Shown: positions 57,801 to 64,000 of the stretch, piece after piece | Layout: every line of letters starts with the position of its first letter | How positions within the stretch are numbered: position 1 is the stretch's first letter | DNA from: Podarcis filfolensis | Lineage: Eukaryota | Assembly: GCA_964270895.1 (NCBI GenBank) | Contig: OZ185439.1 | Strand: one strand, 5' to 3' | DNA length: 64,000 bases | Notes under the pieces: model-generated | Told to the model about the DNA's origin: nothing | Database searches by the model: none | The model's input: the letters and a program-made list of their open reading frames with translations, nothing else | Program-made: the position numbers and the translations under genes

Positions 57801-60800
57801 TAATGTGTTGTTTTACATATTTGTTATGTTAGGCACCTAGAAAGTTTTGTACTGAGAGGCAGGATATAAACCTGAAGAGAAAAGAATAGAACGAAACCTG
57901 AAGAGGATCTTCTCTTTTTTAAAAAAAGTGTGTAGAGTGTACTATATTAAGCAACACAGTCAGGACAGCCAAGAACTGGGATTTCAAGTAATGCTTCATT
58001 TTCAAACATCCAGTTTGGCTACTCCCTCTTGATTATTTTCTCACACTTGGTGAAATGTGCTTTGCTTTATTCTGCAGGGTGAGATGTAGTTTCCTGCTTA
58101 AAGGTGCAGCACTAAGTAGCCTAAACTTGACAAGATGCTGGCTGCAAGAAATGATTCTCAGCTGATGGTAGTATTGCCTAATCAGAAGAAGAAGAAGAAG
58201 GGCAAATGCCAAAGTAATACAGTGCCTGTTCTGAGCCTTTCAGAGTGGTTAACTGCAGTGGTTTGACATACATTTTATTAATTTCATTCTATGAGGCTGT
58301 GATATTCTTGAGCAAGCAAGCAACAGGAAATTGGGACCCAAAACTAGGGACAATCATAGGTGACTCCAGGGCCAGACTGACTTACCAGTGTTTGGATTTC
58401 TTATTCCATGCATCTGAAGATGATTGAATCAAATGCTGTAAAAATTCTTCTGCATGTTCAAGAGCTGTGTTAGCACCAAATTTCAGGGGAAAGCCTATGC
58501 AGGTCTATGCTGCATGGTTGAAAGAAAACAAACTGGAATTCTAGGTACTCTTACTTACGAGTAAGCCCCACTGAACACAGCGAAATTTACTTCCATGTAA
58601 ACACACACAGAACTGGGCTATACATATCACAAGGCCAGTAAGTTCTCCAGGATCACCAGTGATTATGGCATTGTAGAAATTAAGTAGGTGTCAGTTAGAC
58701 TGGAAACTCCTGGGAGTCCCTATGTCAATCATTCTAAGCTATCTATAAGATATACTCTAATTGTTTATTTTTTTATTTTTTTAAAGGCTAGAGTAGCACA
58801 CTATTCTTATACTGGATACAAGTGGGACCTGTAACAAAATGTTACAGTGTGAAGTGTTGCTAATCAGAAATCTAGCCACTCCGCCTCATCCCTGCCCTGC
58901 TCCCCCATCTCCCCAACAGTCAACCAGGCCGCTGCCCATGAACAGGTCTCACTGGACTGTGAGTTTTTTTAGGGGGGAGGGGGCATCACCCTAACAACTT
59001 TTTGACTTCTGCCGACCTTAGGGTCCTCCCAAGCCTGCTGATATTTCCCACATTTTGCCTACCTAAGAAATGGCATATACAGCCTCAACATCGGAAACAG
59101 AACGGCGAAGTCATTTTGGTAGAAATGAATTGTACCAGAAGCCACTGCCCTTAACAGCCATAGTCTATGCTAGTGTGCACTGCAGGTAGACTAGATGTAA
59201 AACCACCATCTCTCCTCTGAGAACAAAGCTGGTACTCCCTTCAGAAGAAACCAGGATGTATTTCCAACATAACAAGGTGGGAAGTTGTAAGGTCAGGGCT
59301 AGGTCTCTGGGCTACCACAGTACGTATTGCATAAGAGATGACTGTGTGGCAGTCAGTGGCGGATAAATGGGACACAGTTGACAGTTCCTTACATGGCATG
59401 CTAAAAGCTGTTTGAGCCTTAGAACTGTCCATTTCCTTCTTACAGCACTAATCAGTCCGTCTGACAAGCAAGGTAGAGCTGGATAGCTGTTGGCCTTGCT
59501 TGCCAGATGCAGGATTTAGATCTGGATCCAGGAGTTACTTATTGTGCTGATGTAGCTCTTGATCAAGCTATTAGTCATCATGGCTGCCAGCAGTGAAAGA
59601 TTATCTTGAATGGAACAAGCAGCTCCCCCATCGGATGTATGCCTGTGCTGTATGTTCTTCATACAATTCAAAGGAATGTATTCTTTTTATACAGCTTGTT
59701 TCCTGCTATTCATTTTTGTCTAAATCCTGGGAAATCTGAATGGAAGGTTCCTGCAACCAACCAATTCCTCCCTCCGAAAAAAGCATTTAAGAACATTTTC
59801 CACCACTCCTACTATTTTCTGAACTCTCACCCCTACAGAATCCTCCTCCCACATAATGTTTTTTCAAGCAATCTAATGTAGATGAGCTCCAGGCTGTCAT
59901 TAGCGCTCTTAACTCTGGGGAAGTCCTATTAATATGTTAAAGAAAGAAACATTTCCCCTGGGAGGATTTTACATACGCACTCCTGAGCAAAGCATTGGCT
60001 AATTGAGTCTGCTAGATCAAACCTATCTGGCACTTCCTCTGCGAATAATTCCTTGAGCTAAACACACACTGCATCAGTCTCAGACTGGGAGGGCCACCCC
60101 ACATCCGAATACGCTCTCCCTGGGAAAGAGACTGGTAGATAACATTGTACCCTGTGATAAAGGATGACACAACCATTCTGGCTTCAGCTTTGAAGGGCTA
60201 CAAAGGATGTTGGCTTAAAATGGTTTGCGCAACTTGTTAAAATGAAATAAAAAATTGCTTGTGTGTTTCCTCAGCACCCCGGAATGTCAGAGTGACATTT
60301 GTGCCAGACAAGAGCTGTTTCAGGGGAGATCAGGCTTCTTGACAACAAAGTTTCCATTCCCTAATTCTCTCACCCCTCTGTTGTAATCTCCTATTTCCTT
60401 ACATAGGCTCTTACTCGAAAAGAGAGGGCGTTGATATTTGCTCCATACCAGGTCTGTAGGTCTACATGGGAACACAACATTCCTAGTATCCAGGCATATT
60501 CTTGGGCTGGTTTCCGAGAGAAAGTCGTGGGCTGCTGGAAAGGAAATCTACACACTTGCAGCTCACAAATCAGCAGGGATGTGAGAACAGAGGATTTAAC
60601 ATTTGCCATGGAAAATTTCTTCACATCTCCATCCCACACTGTATTTCTTGCACCCACCAGGCACCTTGATAACTTGAATTGCTTTAGTAGCATGATATAA
60701 GGGCTTTTTCCAATGATACATGGCAATCCAAATTATTAATTGCTTTCCACGATCTTGAGAGAGTCAGTTGAGAAAATGACATTTTAACTGGTGGGTGAAG

Positions 60801-61261
60801 AGTTACATTTCTATCCACAGTCAACACCAGCTTTTCTAAGCAGCTTCTCTGCTGCTTAGAATACTGCAATTCTTAACGCCGCCGCCCCCCCCGCAAACTG
60901 TTTTATTTTCATTAACTTCTTTTTTGTTCAATATATTTAAGAGACCCCCATACCAAACATTCATCTCACAATCACTTTTTTATTTTTTTAAGAACCAGCA
61001 CCTTCTGGAACTACCACATTTTCTTCTTTGGGCTGCCACAGAGAAAGGATTTGTTAGCCTTTTGAATTGAAACTCCAGTAGTGGTGCTAGTGAGTTTTAC
61101 AGGTGAGTCACTGTGAGGAGGGGATAGAAACAGACAAGCCAGGCCTCACTTTCATCCCTGTGTTACCAGGGAGTGACTTTGAGGTAGCTGTAACTCCCTA
61201 TGAGACTTATGCCATAGGATGGCAATGGGAGAGTGGTAATTGATTCTCCTTAAGGGAGGGC

Positions 61262-61775
61262 TGTCACCATCTGCAGTGATCATGGAGCCCAAGAAAGTAA
61301 AATCTCTCACTGCCTCCAATTCTTTCCCTTCTATTTGCCAGGAGGTCATGAAGAGCCGGATGAGGATGAGAAGAGTCATGAGGACGCGCGTGGCACTGTG
61401 GGTTAAACCACTGAGCCTAGGGCTTGTCGATCAGAAGGTCGGCAGTTCAAATCCCAGTAACGGGGTGAGGTCCCGTTGCTCAGTCCCTGCTCCTGCCAAC
61501 CTAGCAGTTTGAAAGCACGTCAAAGTGCAAGTAGATAAATAGGTACCACTCCAGCAGGAAGGTAAATAGCGTTTCTGTGCGCTGCTCTGGTTCGCCAGAA
61601 GCAGCTTAATCATGCTGGCCACATGACCCAGAAGCTGTACGCCGGCTCCCTCGGCCAGTAAAGTGAGATGAGCACCGCAACCCCAGAGTCGTCCGTGACT
61701 GGACCCAACGATCAGGGGTCCCTTTACCTTTACATGAAGAGTCGGACACAACTAAATGACTAAACACCAACAACA
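61262..61775 (+). mobile_element. BovB/RTE LINE short insertion with an inverted 5' segment
   Basis: 61262-61346 on the minus strand encodes TSWQIEGKELEAVRDFTFLGSMITADGD (BovB RT-like). Plus-strand tail catgaagagtcggacacaactaaatgactaaacaccaacaac. 10-bp TSD aagggagggc (61252-61261, 61776-61785). Confidence 0.78.
61382..61732 (+). mobile_element. Sauria SINE nested in the BovB tail
   Basis: Full head, body and tail (ggacgcgcgtggcactgtggg...ccctttaccttta), flanked by catga repeats (61377-61381, 61733-61737). Confidence 0.92.
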
Positions 61776-61852
61776 AAGGGAGGGCAAGTTGGTAATCCCT
61801 AACGCTGGGCGAAAGGGTAAAGAGCTCTGTTAGGTAATGTGGTTCAGTGCTC

Positions 61853-62095
61853 CAGGGGTCAGCAAACTTTTTCAGCAGGGGGGCTGTCCCTCAGACCTTG
61901 TGGGGGGCCGGACTATATTTTGGAAAAAAAGGAGAACGAATTCCTATGCCCCACAAATAACCCAGAGATGCGTTTTAAATAAAAGCACACATTCTACTCA
62001 TGTAAAAACATGCCAGTTCCTGGACCGTCCACGTGCCGGATTTAGAAGGCGATTGGGCCGGATCTGGCCCCTGGGCCTTAGTTTGCCTACCCATG
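61853..62095. mobile_element. hAT/Charlie-like MITE
   Basis: TIRs caggggtcagcaaac / gtttgcctacccatg. No matching TSD seen. Confidence 0.65.
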
Positions 62096-64000
62096 TTAGG
62101 ATTTGCATATACACTACTTTTCAGGGCCAACTGAACCTTCCACAGAAAAGACCGATTATATTTCTCTTCAGACAAGCATATCAGTGGCAGAGAAAATGTG
62201 GAAACCTGGCAGCACCTATCCACTGATGTTGCCTCACAGAACAGAAGGGACTGAGTTTTAGAGCACTGTTTGTCAACATTTGCTCCAAAAACATGCCCAT
62301 ATATTATTTTCGTGGTGGTCTTGGGAATGAATTGAAATTGCACTGAAGACCACAGTTTAAGAATAATTGTCACTGAGAAAATGTTCTCACTCTGGGAACG
62401 TTCTCACTTCTAAAATGCCTCATTTCCACATCCTTTAGCGAAAGAGTGAAAGAGGTAGCAATAAAGTGCAAATAAAATCACCATGAAAAATACTACAAGC
62501 TTCCAAAATGACACTGAGTTCCTGCTGATAAAGATGTTTACAGCAAGCTGTAGCTACAGGGAGAAACATTACAATTTGTGCTTTACAAACTTTAATGGGC
62601 AACATCAAAAATATTCAAAATACGAAAGCAATCTCCGGCTACCGGCTGATCTATGGAAGAGCTTTCGGTATTTGCCTTGAAATAACTGAGGAACAGTTTA
62701 CTAAATTGCAGTGCACTTTCCTTGGGTTAAAGCTTAAAGCTTAATTTTAAAATGAGGTTAATAGGTAGCTAAAGAAAGAAAAGAGGTTAATTAATATGTA
62801 AACAGTCTTTCAGGGTTTTGTTTCTTTTCACAAAACCTGAATGTTTGTGTAATCTCAAAAACAACTGGTTTTAAAATTTCAAACCATTTTTTGATTTGGA
62901 GAAGATCCCCAATGTATGAGGGATGTTTTTAAATGATAGGACAAATTTTCTAATAACCGTAATGTGATCCAGGATCAGCCCATCATAGCCTTTAGAGTGA
63001 TGAGCTGTGGTGACCCAGGACCTGCCTCTTATTGCCCATCATACAGTTATGAGATGCTGACAGGGAAGAAAAGGAATTTGGTCAAATATTCCAACACCCC
63101 CTTCCCTTCTGACACCTCCTGATTTCATAATTTGTGGCATTCGTAAACCCTCTCAACAGCAGATCTTTCTAATGGTAAATTCAGTACAAACTATCAACAC
63201 ATTATGGGAAAATCCATAAACCTGTCTTATTGAAAAATTGTGCTTAAGAGGTGATCTTCAGGTCAGCAAGTACTTTATTAATTCTTTTCTTTTTTTAAAA
63301 GAGGATTGGTTTCTCTGTGATTCATACCTGTGTGGGGCAATTAAACAAAGTGAGCTATTGTATTGGAATGCAAAGTATGCTTTTGGCACTATATTGGGCA
63401 AGGCCTATAAATTCTGAGGTTTTTGGCAATGAGTTATACAGCTACATTCATTTTGAGGAATTTATCGGGTTTTGATAGCTTGTACTTTGTGAATTATTAT
63501 GAACAAGGAGTTTGCTTGCCAAATTCTATTCTTATCATAGTATTATCATTCAATTCCCCTGCTTTTTTGGCAGTTCCTTCCAGAAGTGCCACCGCGCAAG
63601 ATATTTAAGTCCACTTCACACCTGTCTTTAGTGGCACCACACCCTTCTTCATTCAAGTCCTCCTATCCTCACATCCTCCTGGAAATACCTCCCCCCCCCC
63701 GCCTTTCTTCTTCACCCATGAATCACCCTTATGATATTGGCTCTATTTCCCCCTAAAACCTTGGGAATAGCAATTCCTTCCTTAACAGAAAGAATACATT
63801 TCTCTGCTGCCCAAACAACATAATGTTGTGGGCTTACTATCGTAAAATATAGCAGTGGCCAACTTGTACATCCTGAACTAGTCAGCTTTATCTTGCATCC
63901 CACGGTCTCTCTGCAGTGAACGGTTTGCCAGTCCGTCAATTCAAGCCCTATTCAGGTAATCAAAAGAACACATGAGGACACAAACTGGAGAGAGGCTATA

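Noticed and set aside
1-64000. The many 60-130-aa ORFs in the track as protein-coding genes
   Set aside because: This is vertebrate intronic or intergenic DNA. Most ORFs start at non-ATG codons, overlap TEs or microsatellites, and show no recognisable domain.

Overview
Eukaryotic, CpG-depleted, repeat-rich genomic DNA from a squamate reptile, most likely a lacertid lizard (inferred from Sauria/Squam1 SINE, Squam3 SINE, BovB, CR1 and lizard L1 content). No prokaryotic features, CRISPR arrays, rRNA or true tRNA genes were seen. The only recognisable cellular gene sequence is an intronless Atg8-family (MAP1LC3C-like) reading frame on the minus strand (24621->22055). It is broken by a frameshift and by a 2.17-kb 5'-complete, internally deleted L1 flanked by a 14-bp target-site duplication (TSD) inside the coding sequence. 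The rest of the window is a layered transposon record, much of it with readable TSDs: Sauria SINEs, Tc1/mariner and hAT MITEs, solo LTRs, L1 3' fragments, CR1/L2 remnants and a 5'-inverted BovB insertion. Several of these form nests two or three layers deep. A few non-repetitive segments have exon-like splice signals but match no protein I can recognise, so a host gene, if there is one, is unidentified. Repeat family names come from motif recall, not from a database search.
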